From contig JBBDIZ010000024.1 in NCBI GenBank assembly GCA_040880145.1, positions 24,009 through 88,008 on the forward strand: a stretch of DNA of 64,000 bases. Reading direction: 5' to 3'. The DNA is from Simkaniaceae bacterium (GTDB lineage Bacteria > Chlamydiota > Chlamydiia > Chlamydiales > JAJFMI01). The translations under genes were made by a program, and so were the position numbers. The stretch's first letter is position 1; every line of letters begins with the position of its first letter. The notes beneath the pieces were generated by a model. That model was not told the origin of the DNA. It saw only the letters and a program-made list of their open reading frames with translations, and made no database searches. Of this stretch, positions 47,572-56,257 are shown piece after piece.

Positions 47572-48014
47572 TGAAACAAGAAAAAGTGTTTGGAGTTCTA
47601 CCTTTAAGAAGCGTTGATAATAAGTGGCAAATTTTAATCCTCTATCATAAAAATGGTCTTTTTTGGGGATTTCCAAAAGGACATCCGGTCGATGGAGAGC
47701 CGCCAAAAAAAACAGCCGAACGAGAGTTGTTCGAGGAAACTAATCTTGAGATAACTGAGTTTTTCAAGGGGGACCCTTTTCATGGAAGTTATACCTTTAG
47801 ACGTGAAGGGCTCTTGATTGAAAAAGAGGTGGTTTTTTTCCCGGCAAAGGTCGAAGGAAAATTGAGTCTTCAGAAAAAGGAAATCATAGAAGCAAAATGG
47901 TGTTTTTTTGATGAAGCCCTTCATACTTTGACATTTCCGGAAGCAAAAAAGGTTTGTCGTGAAATAAACAATCGATTAACATTAGAAACGAATATTTTAG
48001 AGGATGAAACATGA
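47568..48014 (+). CDS. NUDIX hydrolase (Ap4A hydrolase-like)
   Basis: WGFPKGH...AERELFEET Nudix box. Confidence 0.88.
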   Translation: MMKQEKVFGVLPLRSVDNKWQILILYHKNGLFWGFPKGHPVDGEPPKKTAERELFEETNLEITEFFKGDPFHGSYTFRREGLLIEKEVVFFPAKVEGKLSLQKKEIIEAKWCFFDEALHTLTFPEAKKVCREINNRLTLETNILEDET

Positions 48015-48583
48015 ACCACTCACTGACTATAAAAAATTATTTAACTAGAAGAATCCCACTTTTAAGAGACACGGCTTTGGTCCTCTTTGCTTCGATTCTA
48101 ATTTCTTTATCCGGTTTTATAAAAATTCCACTTGGATTCACTCCTGTTCCATTCGTTATCCAGGTGCAAGTTGTATTATTCGCTTCGCTTCTTCTTGGAA
48201 AAAAACGGGGAGCCTTAGCGACTCTTCTCTTCTTATTTCAAGGTCTTCTTGGCTTTCCCGTTTTTTCCGGGGGAAGTTCAGGATGGACTTACATGCTTGG
48301 GGCAACAGGAGGGTACTTGTTTGGCTATCTCGTGGCTGCCTATGCAACTCCTGCTCTTTATACTGCATTTCGCCGTAAAAGCTTTTCTGCAGTTTTCTTT
48401 TCGTCAGTTTTAGGGAATTTGATCATTTATACATTCGGAGCGCTTTGGCTATCACGGTTTGTGGGGCTTAACCAAGCGCTGTCTTTAGGTGTTATGCCCT
48501 TTATCTTAGGTGACTTGGTTAAGATTACCTTAACAACAGGCTTCTACTCAAATCTCAAGGCTATGAAACTTTTCTCATCTTAA
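48011..48583 (+). CDS. bioY: Biotin transporter BioY
   Basis: FTPVPF..Q, GFPVFSGG, GATGGYLFGY, PFILGDLVK. Confidence 0.92.
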   Translation: MNHSLTIKNYLTRRIPLLRDTALVLFASILISLSGFIKIPLGFTPVPFVIQVQVVLFASLLLGKKRGALATLLFLFQGLLGFPVFSGGSSGWTYMLGATGGYLFGYLVAAYATPALYTAFRRKSFSAVFFSSVLGNLIIYTFGALWLSRFVGLNQALSLGVMPFILGDLVKITLTTGFYSNLKAMKLFSS

Positions 48584-48779
48584 GATTGGCGTAATATTGA
48601 TTATGTTTTTTGTCCTCTATCACGGGTCCCTGTGTAATGGCTCTTTCAGATAGGGGATGGAGTGAATGAAGTTTAGGGCTTTGAAAATGAATCTTTTTTG
48701 CTGTTTTCTTCATGGCTTCATTTTGAGGTTGAGGCTCTTGAGATCTCTCCACGTGACCGCTGTCGATTCGTCTTACCAT
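48561..48779 (-). CDS. Small hypothetical protein
   Basis: 72-aa ORF with GGAGG RBS. Confidence 0.45.
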   Translation of the reverse strand: MVRRIDSGHVERSQEPQPQNEAMKKTAKKIHFQSPKLHSLHPLSERAITQGPVIEDKKHNQYYANLKMRKVS

Positions 48780-48833
48780 AATCTCCTCCGATTTAAATGA
48801 TTTTCACTATCTTTAAAAATTAAAGTTCTTAAG

Positions 48834-49156
48834 TCAACGATTTTTTTTCTGCTTAACACGCTCTTTTTCAAGGGTTTTTTCCATAGAGATTTCCTCTCTT
48901 ATCAGACGAGCAATTTTGTGAATTTTATTTTCTAGAGACGTAGGGCTTTCTTCTTTCTCATATACCGAAACATCTTCAAGAATCGGTTTTGTCAGGCGCG
49001 AAAGCTTCCGAAATTTGCCGGTCATAAATGACCTAATATTAATAATATGAGGTCATTTATGATCGACGAATTGCGGTGCTTTGGCGCCTGACAAAACCCA
49101 ATTCTTGAAGTTGTTTCGGTATGAGTGTCATTAGTTCTGTTTGTATTAATTTTCAT
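48834..49156 (-). pseudogene. Small gene split by a palindromic element
   Basis: ATG at 49156 with AGAGGT RBS; deleting 48961-49121 joins MKINTNRTNDTH to EKEESPTSLENK...KKNR in frame (53 aa). Confidence 0.5.
48961..49122. mobile_element. 162-bp long-hairpin element (longest TATACCGAAA-family copy)
   Basis: About 80-bp imperfect inverted arms: TATACCGAAACATCTTCAAGAATCGGTTTTGTCAGGCGC...GCGCCTGACAAAACCCAATTCTTGAAGTTGTTTCGGTATG. Confidence 0.85.
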
Positions 49157-49302
49157 AATTACCTCTAAATTATTATTTTTTTATAATATCAAATTAATGT
49201 CAACAAGTGTTTATGCACTAGCTCTTATTGAAATGTATGTAGACATAATTTTTTCGAAATTGCTATAATGGTTCCTTTTGCTATTTACGGAGTTAAACAT
49301 TT

Positions 49303-51984
49303 ATGGTCTCCTTTCTTTCTAGAGTCCTATTCAATCTATTGAAACTACGTTATCGTTTTCACATTAAAAATAAGGAAATATTTAAAGATCCGGCCATCAA
49401 AGAGGGGGGGGTCATTTTCCTTCCCAATCATCCGGCAGAGATCGATCCTATTATGATGATGGCTCTATTGACGCCGCCTTTTAAGGTTCGTCCGCTTGTT
49501 GTCGATCACTTTTTTTTCATGTCCGGAGCTCGGATATTCATGAACCTTGTCAAGGCAATTTCCATTCCAAATTTTGAGACTGCAGCAAATAAATGGAAAG
49601 AAAGAAGAGGGGAAAAGGCTTTTGAAGAAGTGGCTCAAGGGATTAAAAGAAAAGAGAATTTTCTCATATATCCTTCCGGTCATTTAAGACGCTCTCCAAA
49701 GGAACGAATAGGGGGGAGTTCGTTTGTATACAATCTCTTAAATCATACACCCGAGGCGAAAGTCGTTTTGATCCGAATGGAGGGGTTATGGGGATCCATG
49801 TTTTCTCGAGCCCTTACGGGAAGCTCGCCTGACTTTTGGAAGATGGTCTTTAAAGGGGTTAAGATCATTTTAAAAAATGGAATCTTCTTTGTACCCAAGC
49901 GCGATGTTTATATTGAGCTGGCATTCCCTTTAAAAGATCAGCTTCCAATAGGTGAAGAGAAGCTTACGTTAAATCGATATTTGGAGGCTTTCTATAACAA
50001 CTATCAAGGAAAATCAGAGGAAGAGATCAAACTGGTTTCTTTTTCACGCTCCAAAGAAGAATTTCCAAAAATTGAGGAACCTGAGAAAAAACAGCGAATG
50101 GAAGATGTTGAGATTCCAATTGAGATTCGCCAATTTGTATTGACGAAACTCGCTGAGGTTTCAAAAAGAGAGAGAGAGGCTCTAAAAGATGAACAGGATC
50201 TTTCTAATGACCTTGGCCTGGACTCACTTGATATCGCAGGGATGCTTGCTTTTCTCGATCATAATTATGAGATTGAAATCAATCATCCGGGGGACTTGGT
50301 GACGGTTGAGGATTTGCTTCATGTTGCAATGGGGGCCAAGCTTTCTGATGAGGAAGAGGAGGAGGTTTTAGCCATTAAGTGGCCGATAGAGCCGAACCGT
50401 TTGGAGGTGACGCTTCCTATGGGTGGAACCATTCATGAGTCGCTTTTACGGATATGCGAGCGAATGGGCAGCTCTGTCGCCTGTGCGGATAATCGCTTAG
50501 GGGTCATGACTTACAAAGAGCTTAAAAAACGCGCTCTTGTTTTATCTGAGCACATTCGAAAGTTGCCGGGGGATAGAATCGGAGTTTTAATACCGGCTTC
50601 ATCTGCGACTTATTTACTTATCTTTGCTATACTACTTTCTAAAAAAGTCCCTGTGATGATGAATTGGACAAGTGGTCCTCGTTCATTAAACCATGGCGCT
50701 GATCTAACAGAGCTAAAAAGCATCATTAGCTCAAGAAAGTTTTTGGAAAACGCAGATGGCATCGATCTTGGGGATCTCGATAAGCGTCTTATTCTTCTTG
50801 AAGAGATTAAATGTGATCTTACCCTTGTATCAAAACTCAAAGGAGTATTTAAATCACTACTGAGTCCTGATCTTATTTTAAAATTAACTCAATTGAATAA
50901 GGTTTCTAAAGACGCACCTTGTGTCATGTTATTCACTAGTGGGACTGAAAATTATCCAAAATGCGTTCCTTTAAGTCATTACAATATTTTATCCGATTTA
51001 AGGGCCGCGCTTTCTTGCATCGACGCGAATAGAGAGGACATTCTCCTTGGAACTTTGCCTCCTTTTCATTCTTTTGGCTTTTCTGTTACAGGGTTAATGC
51101 CGTTAATGGCTGGATTTCGCACCTTTTTCTCTCCGGATCCAACCGACTCAAAGGCGCTTGCTAAAGCAATTGCAAATTGGGAAATTACAATGACTTGCTT
51201 GGCTCCGAGCTTTTATAAAAATCTTTTCGCTGTAGCAGATCCGGATGACTTCAAAACTGTTCGCTACTTTGTAACAGGAGCGGAGAAAGCGCCTCGAGAG
51301 CTTTATGAATATGTTGAAAACTTAGGTCCTAATCATCAGGTCATCGAAGGCTATGGAATAACTGAATGTTCTCCGGCTGTTACGATTTCAAGGCCCGGCA
51401 AGCCTGTTAAAGGGGTTGGACAACCCTTGCCGGGGATTGAGCTTAAAACGATTCATCCGGAAGAGGGGACACCACTCAATGAAGGTGAAAGCGGAGAGGT
51501 GATCATTAAAGGCCCCAATGTTTTTGAAGGCTATTTTGGCCCGGATGCCCCTAATCCTTTTATCGAAATTGAAGGAGAGAAATGGTACCGCAGTGGAGAT
51601 AGAGGTTACCTCGATAGCGAGAACAACCTCATTTTTGAGGGGCGTTTGAAGCGATTTGTAAAGATTGGGGGTGAAATGATCAGCCTGACTGCTGTCGAAG
51701 ATGAATTGAAAAAAGCTGTAAAAAAGCTTGGGATTTATCAAGATGAGAAAATGTCTTTAGCTCTTTCAGTTATTGAAAAAGATCAAGGCCGCCCTGATCT
51801 AATATTGGTTACAATTTTTCCTATTTTACGGGACGAAGTTAATCAAATCCTAAAAGAGGCAGGATTTGCTCGTATTGTCAAAGTCTCAGAAGTGACAATG
51901 ATCGATGAAATTCCCTTAACAGGGACAGGGAAAATACATTTTAAAGCCCTCAATGATATTGCAAAGAAAGTGAACTATGCCTGA
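49303..51984 (+). CDS. aas: Acyltransferase (PlsC)-ACP-acyl-ACP synthetase fusion (Aas-like)
   Basis: NHPAEID and YPSG (PlsC); DLGLDSLD (phosphopantetheine site); FTSGTENYPK, GYGITE, YRSGD, GRLKRFVKIGGE (AMP-binding). Confidence 0.88.
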   Translation: MVSFLSRVLFNLLKLRYRFHIKNKEIFKDPAIKEGGVIFLPNHPAEIDPIMMMALLTPPFKVRPLVVDHFFFMSGARIFMNLVKAISIPNFETAANKWKERRGEKAFEEVAQGIKRKENFLIYPSGHLRRSPKERIGGSSFVYNLLNHTPEAKVVLIRMEGLWGSMFSRALTGSSPDFWKMVFKGVKIILKNGIFFVPKRDVYIELAFPLKDQLPIGEEKLTLNRYLEAFYNNYQGKSEEEIKLVSFSRSKEEFPKIEEPEKKQRMEDVEIPIEIRQFVLTKLAEVSKREREALKDEQDLSNDLGLDSLDIAGMLAFLDHNYEIEINHPGDLVTVEDLLHVAMGAKLSDEEEEEVLAIKWPIEPNRLEVTLPMGGTIHESLLRICERMGSSVACADNRLGVMTYKELKKRALVLSEHIRKLPGDRIGVLIPASSATYLLIFAILLSKKVPVMMNWTSGPRSLNHGADLTELKSIISSRKFLENADGIDLGDLDKRLILLEEIKCDLTLVSKLKGVFKSLLSPDLILKLTQLNKVSKDAPCVMLFTSGTENYPKCVPLSHYNILSDLRAALSCIDANREDILLGTLPPFHSFGFSVTGLMPLMAGFRTFFSPDPTDSKALAKAIANWEITMTCLAPSFYKNLFAVADPDDFKTVRYFVTGAEKAPRELYEYVENLGPNHQVIEGYGITECSPAVTISRPGKPVKGVGQPLPGIELKTIHPEEGTPLNEGESGEVIIKGPNVFEGYFGPDAPNPFIEIEGEKWYRSGDRGYLDSENNLIFEGRLKRFVKIGGEMISLTAVEDELKKAVKKLGIYQDEKMSLALSVIEKDQGRPDLILVTIFPILRDEVNQILKEAGFARIVKVSEVTMIDEIPLTGTGKIHFKALNDIAKKVNYA

Positions 51985-53392
51985 TTTGAAGCTATTTAAT
52001 ACGGAAACGCGCCAAAAAGAGGTCTTTGTATCTAAAGAGAAAAAATGTGTGAAGCTCTATACGTGCGGCCCGACCATCTATGACTATGCCCACATTGGAA
52101 ACTTTAGAACTTATATTTTTGAAGACCTTTTAAGAAGAACTCTTAAATATTTTGGTTTTTCTGTTTATCAGGTTATGAATTTAACAGATGTCGATGATAA
52201 GACGATACAAGGAGCTGTTACAAATCAGGTCTCTCTTGAGTCCTATACGAAGCCCTTTAAAGAAGCTTTTTTTAGTGATTTTAAAAGACTTCAAATTGAG
52301 CCTGCAGAGAAGTATCCAGCAGCGACAGAGCATATAGCCGAAATGATTGAAATGATCGAAATCCTGCTTAAAAAGGGATTTGCGTATAGAGGACAAGATG
52401 GAGGAGTCTATTTTAGCATTCAAAAGTGTCCTCGTTACGGACGACTTTCCCACCTGAAATTAGATGAGCTGAAAACTAACGCCTTAAATCGCACCTTTAG
52501 CGATGAGTATGAAAAAGATCAAGCCTCTGACTTTGTCCTATGGAAAGCGTATGATGAAACTCGGGATGGGTCGGTTTTTTGGGAAAGTCCTTTTGGGAAA
52601 GGGCGTCCCGGCTGGCATATTGAGTGTTCTGCTATGGCACTCAAACATCTCGGATCTGAAATCGATATCCACTGCGGAGGTGTCGATAACCTTTTTCCTC
52701 ACCATGAGAATGAAATCGCCCAATCTGAATGCGCAACCGATCAACTTTTTGTACGATATTGGCTTCACTCAGAGCACCTGCTTGTCAATAATCAAAAAAT
52801 GTCTAAAAGCAAGGGGAATTTTTATACACTGCGCGATCTGCTTGAAAAAGGGTATACAGGCCGCGAAGTGCGTTACTTACTGTTAGCCACTCATTATAAA
52901 ACGCAGCTAAACTTCACTTTGGAAGGGTTAGTCGCAGCTCGTTCGAGTTTAAAGCGAATCGACGATTTTATATTAAGGCTTCAGGATGTAGAAGACTTTC
53001 ATTCAAGCCATGAGGCCCTTGCACTGATTCAAAAAGTTAAAAATCATTTTAAAGAAGCCCTTGCAGATGATTTAAATATTTCATTAGCAATTGCAGCTCT
53101 TTTCGATTTCCTACGCGAGATCAACACTCTTATAGATCAAAAATCGCTTTCAAAACAAGAAGCCAAGCACGTAATCGAAACGTTAAAAGAGTTTAACCAA
53201 GTTTTAGAGATCATGGAGTTTCAGCGCGAAGAGGTCATGATTCCAGAAGATGTTCAAAAAGCGCTTTTAATAAGAGAAAAAGCGCGATCTGAGAAAAATT
53301 GGGCTGAGGCAGATATTCAGCGCGATTACATCTTTCAAAAAGGGTACCGGATTATCGACACCCCATCAGGCGCTCGAGTTACAAAAAAATAA
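51977..53392 (+). CDS. cysS: Cysteinyl-tRNA synthetase
   Basis: YTCGPT, HIGN, GRPGWHIECSAM, FPHHENE, KMSKS. Confidence 0.97.
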   Translation: MPDLKLFNTETRQKEVFVSKEKKCVKLYTCGPTIYDYAHIGNFRTYIFEDLLRRTLKYFGFSVYQVMNLTDVDDKTIQGAVTNQVSLESYTKPFKEAFFSDFKRLQIEPAEKYPAATEHIAEMIEMIEILLKKGFAYRGQDGGVYFSIQKCPRYGRLSHLKLDELKTNALNRTFSDEYEKDQASDFVLWKAYDETRDGSVFWESPFGKGRPGWHIECSAMALKHLGSEIDIHCGGVDNLFPHHENEIAQSECATDQLFVRYWLHSEHLLVNNQKMSKSKGNFYTLRDLLEKGYTGREVRYLLLATHYKTQLNFTLEGLVAARSSLKRIDDFILRLQDVEDFHSSHEALALIQKVKNHFKEALADDLNISLAIAALFDFLREINTLIDQKSLSKQEAKHVIETLKEFNQVLEIMEFQREEVMIPEDVQKALLIREKARSEKNWAEADIQRDYIFQKGYRIIDTPSGARVTKK

Positions 53393-53393
53393 T

Positions 53394-53474
53394 GACTTAA
53401 GAGTCATTGTTTCATTCGAAAATGAAAAAAACCTTGTAATAATAACTGCAATTTATCTCGAGGAGAGAAGGTAA
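53394..53474 (+). pseudogene. 3' remnant of a putative toxin gene (DUF4258-like C-terminus)
   Basis: Start-less frame DLRVIVSFENEKNLVIITAIYLEERR* ending 4 nt before the HTH gene. Confidence 0.45.
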
Positions 53475-53478
53475 AATT

Positions 53479-53943
53479 ATGCCAAAACAAAAAGTTGAAA
53501 AAGAGGTCATTTATTACGGGCTTGGATTTCCTATTGTTCTTAGGAATGTTCCCATGATTGAGCTACGAGGCATTTGGACTCCTGATATAGATTTTAATAT
53601 TTTGCAAAAAGTTACGCTTCTTTCTCTTGCTCATCATCCTGCTGATCTTACAGGTAGTCAGGTTCATTTTATTAGAATGTGGCTTGGATTAACTCAAACA
53701 GAGTTTGGAAAGGTGCTTGGTGTTACGCATCCAGCAGTAGTGAAGTGGGAGAAAACTGAGAATAAATCTTCTAAAATGAGTCTTTCTACTCAGAGAGAAT
53801 TAAGGTTGTATTTACTGGATCATCTGTTATCGAAAGATGAAGATTTTAGAAAGGCCTTCAAATTGATAATCAATACCACTAAATATAAATCCGTGGCTCA
53901 ACCACTCGAAGTGGATGTTCCGATTGATTTAATGGCAAGTTGA
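53479..53943 (+). CDS. XRE-family HTH protein, MqsA-like antitoxin architecture
   Basis: GLGFPIVLRNVP N-terminus; LTGSQVHFIRMWLGLTQTEFGKVLGVTHPAVVKWE HTH. Confidence 0.75.
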   Translation: MPKQKVEKEVIYYGLGFPIVLRNVPMIELRGIWTPDIDFNILQKVTLLSLAHHPADLTGSQVHFIRMWLGLTQTEFGKVLGVTHPAVVKWEKTENKSSKMSLSTQRELRLYLLDHLLSKDEDFRKAFKLIINTTKYKSVAQPLEVDVPIDLMAS

Positions 53944-53968
53944 AAAAATACCATTGTAATTGGGAAGG

Positions 53969-56212
53969 TCAGTCATCTAGACGCATCAGAGGGAAGTAGA
54001 GAACGTCACGTATGGATTCAGCATTGGTAAATAGCATGGTCATACGATCGATTCCAACTCCTAAGCCGCCTGTCGGAGGCATGCCTTGACAAATGGCTTC
54101 GATGAACTCTTCGTCGAGAGGATTTGCTTCGTCGTCTCCGGCCTCTTTTTTCTTGGCCTGCTCTTCAAGTAATGAGCGTTGAAGTTCCGGGTCATTGAGT
54201 TCTGAATAGGCATTACAAAATTCTGTTCCCAAAATAAAGGTTTCAAAACGCTCGACGATTTGATCGCTGCGCTCTTTTGGGTTTCTATGCAATTTGCAAA
54301 GAGGGGTGGTTTCGATGGGGTGATCGGTGATGTGATGGGGTTGTATCAAATGATGTTCCACAAGTTCTTCAAAAAGTAGGGCGATGAGTTTTCCACGTAC
54401 GGCTTTTTCAAATTTCTCTCCATCAAGGTCGCTTTTTTCTCGAAGCAGGCTCTTCATTTCTTCAATAGAGAGTGTGTCGACATCGATTTTTGCATACTTT
54501 TTGATCGACTCTTTCATTGAAATACGAATCCAAGGACGTTTTAAGTCGATTGGATGCTCATTGCCTTTTTTATCTTTTCTAATTCCAATTTCTGTTGTCC
54601 CAAAGAGCTCTAATGCGACTTTTTCAAAGAGATGCTCTGTAAAGTCCATGACATCGTTGTAATCCCAATAGGCAGCATAAGCTTCGAGCATCGTAAATTC
54701 CGGATTATGAGTTCGATCGATGCCTTCATTTCTAAAGACCTTCCCGATTTCATAAATACGGTCCATTCCACCCACAATGAGCTTTTTTAACGCGATTTCT
54801 AAGGCAATGCGTAAAAACATATCTTGATTAAGTGCGTTAAGATGGCTGACAAAGGGTCTCGCTTCGGCTCCGCCATAAATATTTTGAAGTATGGGGGTTT
54901 CCACTTCATCAAAGCACAAAGATTCTAACTCGCGGCGGACAATTTTTAAAATCTGACTGCGCATTTTGAATTCATCGATGACTTTCGGATGAGAGATTAA
55001 ATCGAGCCAGCGCTTTCGGTAGCGGGTTCCTTTATCGGTCAGTCCATGGAATTTGTGGGCTAGGGGAAGAAGCGTTTTGCAAAGAAGGGTAACTTCTTTA
55101 GCATAGAGAGTGATCTCTCCTTTTTGTGTTCGGAAAAGGTGTCCTTTGATTCCAATAATGTCTCCAAGATCAATCATCTTTTGAATGAATTGAAAGGCTT
55201 TTTCAGATGGAGGGAGGTTGCTCACTTGTGTGTATTGAGTGTTAAACATTACTTGAATGCGGTGGCTGCCATCTTGGATTTGTCCAAAACAGTTTTTTCC
55301 CATGGCTCGAAAAAGAATCAAACGCCCCGCCAAACAAGCCTCAGGAGTTTTTTCTTCTTCTGCATCATTGCTTGTGCCGATCGGCTCGGTCCCATATTTA
55401 GAGATGAGATCTTTAGTTTTATGAGTCAGCTCAAATGAGTGGGGATAGGGGTCCATACCCAGATCACGAATTTTTTTAAGTTTTTCAGAGCGTGTTTGAA
55501 AGTCCTCATAAGTGTGATAAGTCGGAAGATTTGATCCCATAATCACATGCTCTTCAACGACACCGCCGCAATATTTTTCGATGAGCGTTTTCAGCTCAAA
55601 AAGTGCAAGTTTGATCTCTTCTTTTGTTGTATTTTCAAGCCCTTCTAAAATAAAAGCAGCCTTTGAGGTCTCATGAGTGATTTTGCTCTTTTCGCATTCT
55701 CGATAGTTCCAACCCCGGCGTAAGACTTCCTTTTCATCTCGGTAGATCACTTCACCCGGCTCAACCGAAATGCTTTCTTCCTCTTTAAGCATTTGAAAAG
55801 GCTCCGATCCATCGGCGATTGTAAGAGAGATGGTGCCTTCGATTTTATCCAAGTCGACAGATCCGACAGCTAAGGCATGTCTCAATGAAATGAGGTGATA
55901 AAGGTTGATTAGTGGATTGATATCGGGAAGCTCTTTTCCTTGAAGAACGCGACGTATCAGACTTTCGATGGAGCTTCGAAATTTATTGGGTTTAAAGCCA
56001 AAGGCTTTATAAGCACCCCGCCAATCTTGAATTTTTTTAATCTCACTGAGCCCTTCAAGGGAATAGCGCTTTTTAAGAGCTTCTTCTTCTTTACGAAAAA
56101 GTTCGAGAACTTCAGGTTGAGAGGTATGGTTGTTTGCTCCTCTAACAATGAGCAGACCAATTTTAACATGAGGAAATTTCTCTTTAATTTCAGGCGATAA
56201 GTGAAAGGTCAT
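53969..56212 (-). CDS. lysS: Class II lysyl-tRNA synthetase with N-terminal B3/B4 domain
   Basis: LysRS: RAMGK, GGAEARPF, FRNEGIDRTHNPEFTMLE, GMPPTGGLGVGIDR; first ~225 aa B3/B4-like (WRGAYKAFG..P..FRSSIESLIRR..LPDINPL..GEVIYRD..WNYRE). Confidence 0.93.
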   Translation of the reverse strand: MTFHLSPEIKEKFPHVKIGLLIVRGANNHTSQPEVLELFRKEEEALKKRYSLEGLSEIKKIQDWRGAYKAFGFKPNKFRSSIESLIRRVLQGKELPDINPLINLYHLISLRHALAVGSVDLDKIEGTISLTIADGSEPFQMLKEEESISVEPGEVIYRDEKEVLRRGWNYRECEKSKITHETSKAAFILEGLENTTKEEIKLALFELKTLIEKYCGGVVEEHVIMGSNLPTYHTYEDFQTRSEKLKKIRDLGMDPYPHSFELTHKTKDLISKYGTEPIGTSNDAEEEKTPEACLAGRLILFRAMGKNCFGQIQDGSHRIQVMFNTQYTQVSNLPPSEKAFQFIQKMIDLGDIIGIKGHLFRTQKGEITLYAKEVTLLCKTLLPLAHKFHGLTDKGTRYRKRWLDLISHPKVIDEFKMRSQILKIVRRELESLCFDEVETPILQNIYGGAEARPFVSHLNALNQDMFLRIALEIALKKLIVGGMDRIYEIGKVFRNEGIDRTHNPEFTMLEAYAAYWDYNDVMDFTEHLFEKVALELFGTTEIGIRKDKKGNEHPIDLKRPWIRISMKESIKKYAKIDVDTLSIEEMKSLLREKSDLDGEKFEKAVRGKLIALLFEELVEHHLIQPHHITDHPIETTPLCKLHRNPKERSDQIVERFETFILGTEFCNAYSELNDPELQRSLLEEQAKKKEAGDDEANPLDEEFIEAICQGMPPTGGLGVGIDRMTMLFTNAESIRDVLYFPLMRLDD

Positions 56213-56257
56213 GGGCAGCAAATCCTTTTTCGAAGATAGTGGGAGATTTTACCTTTT

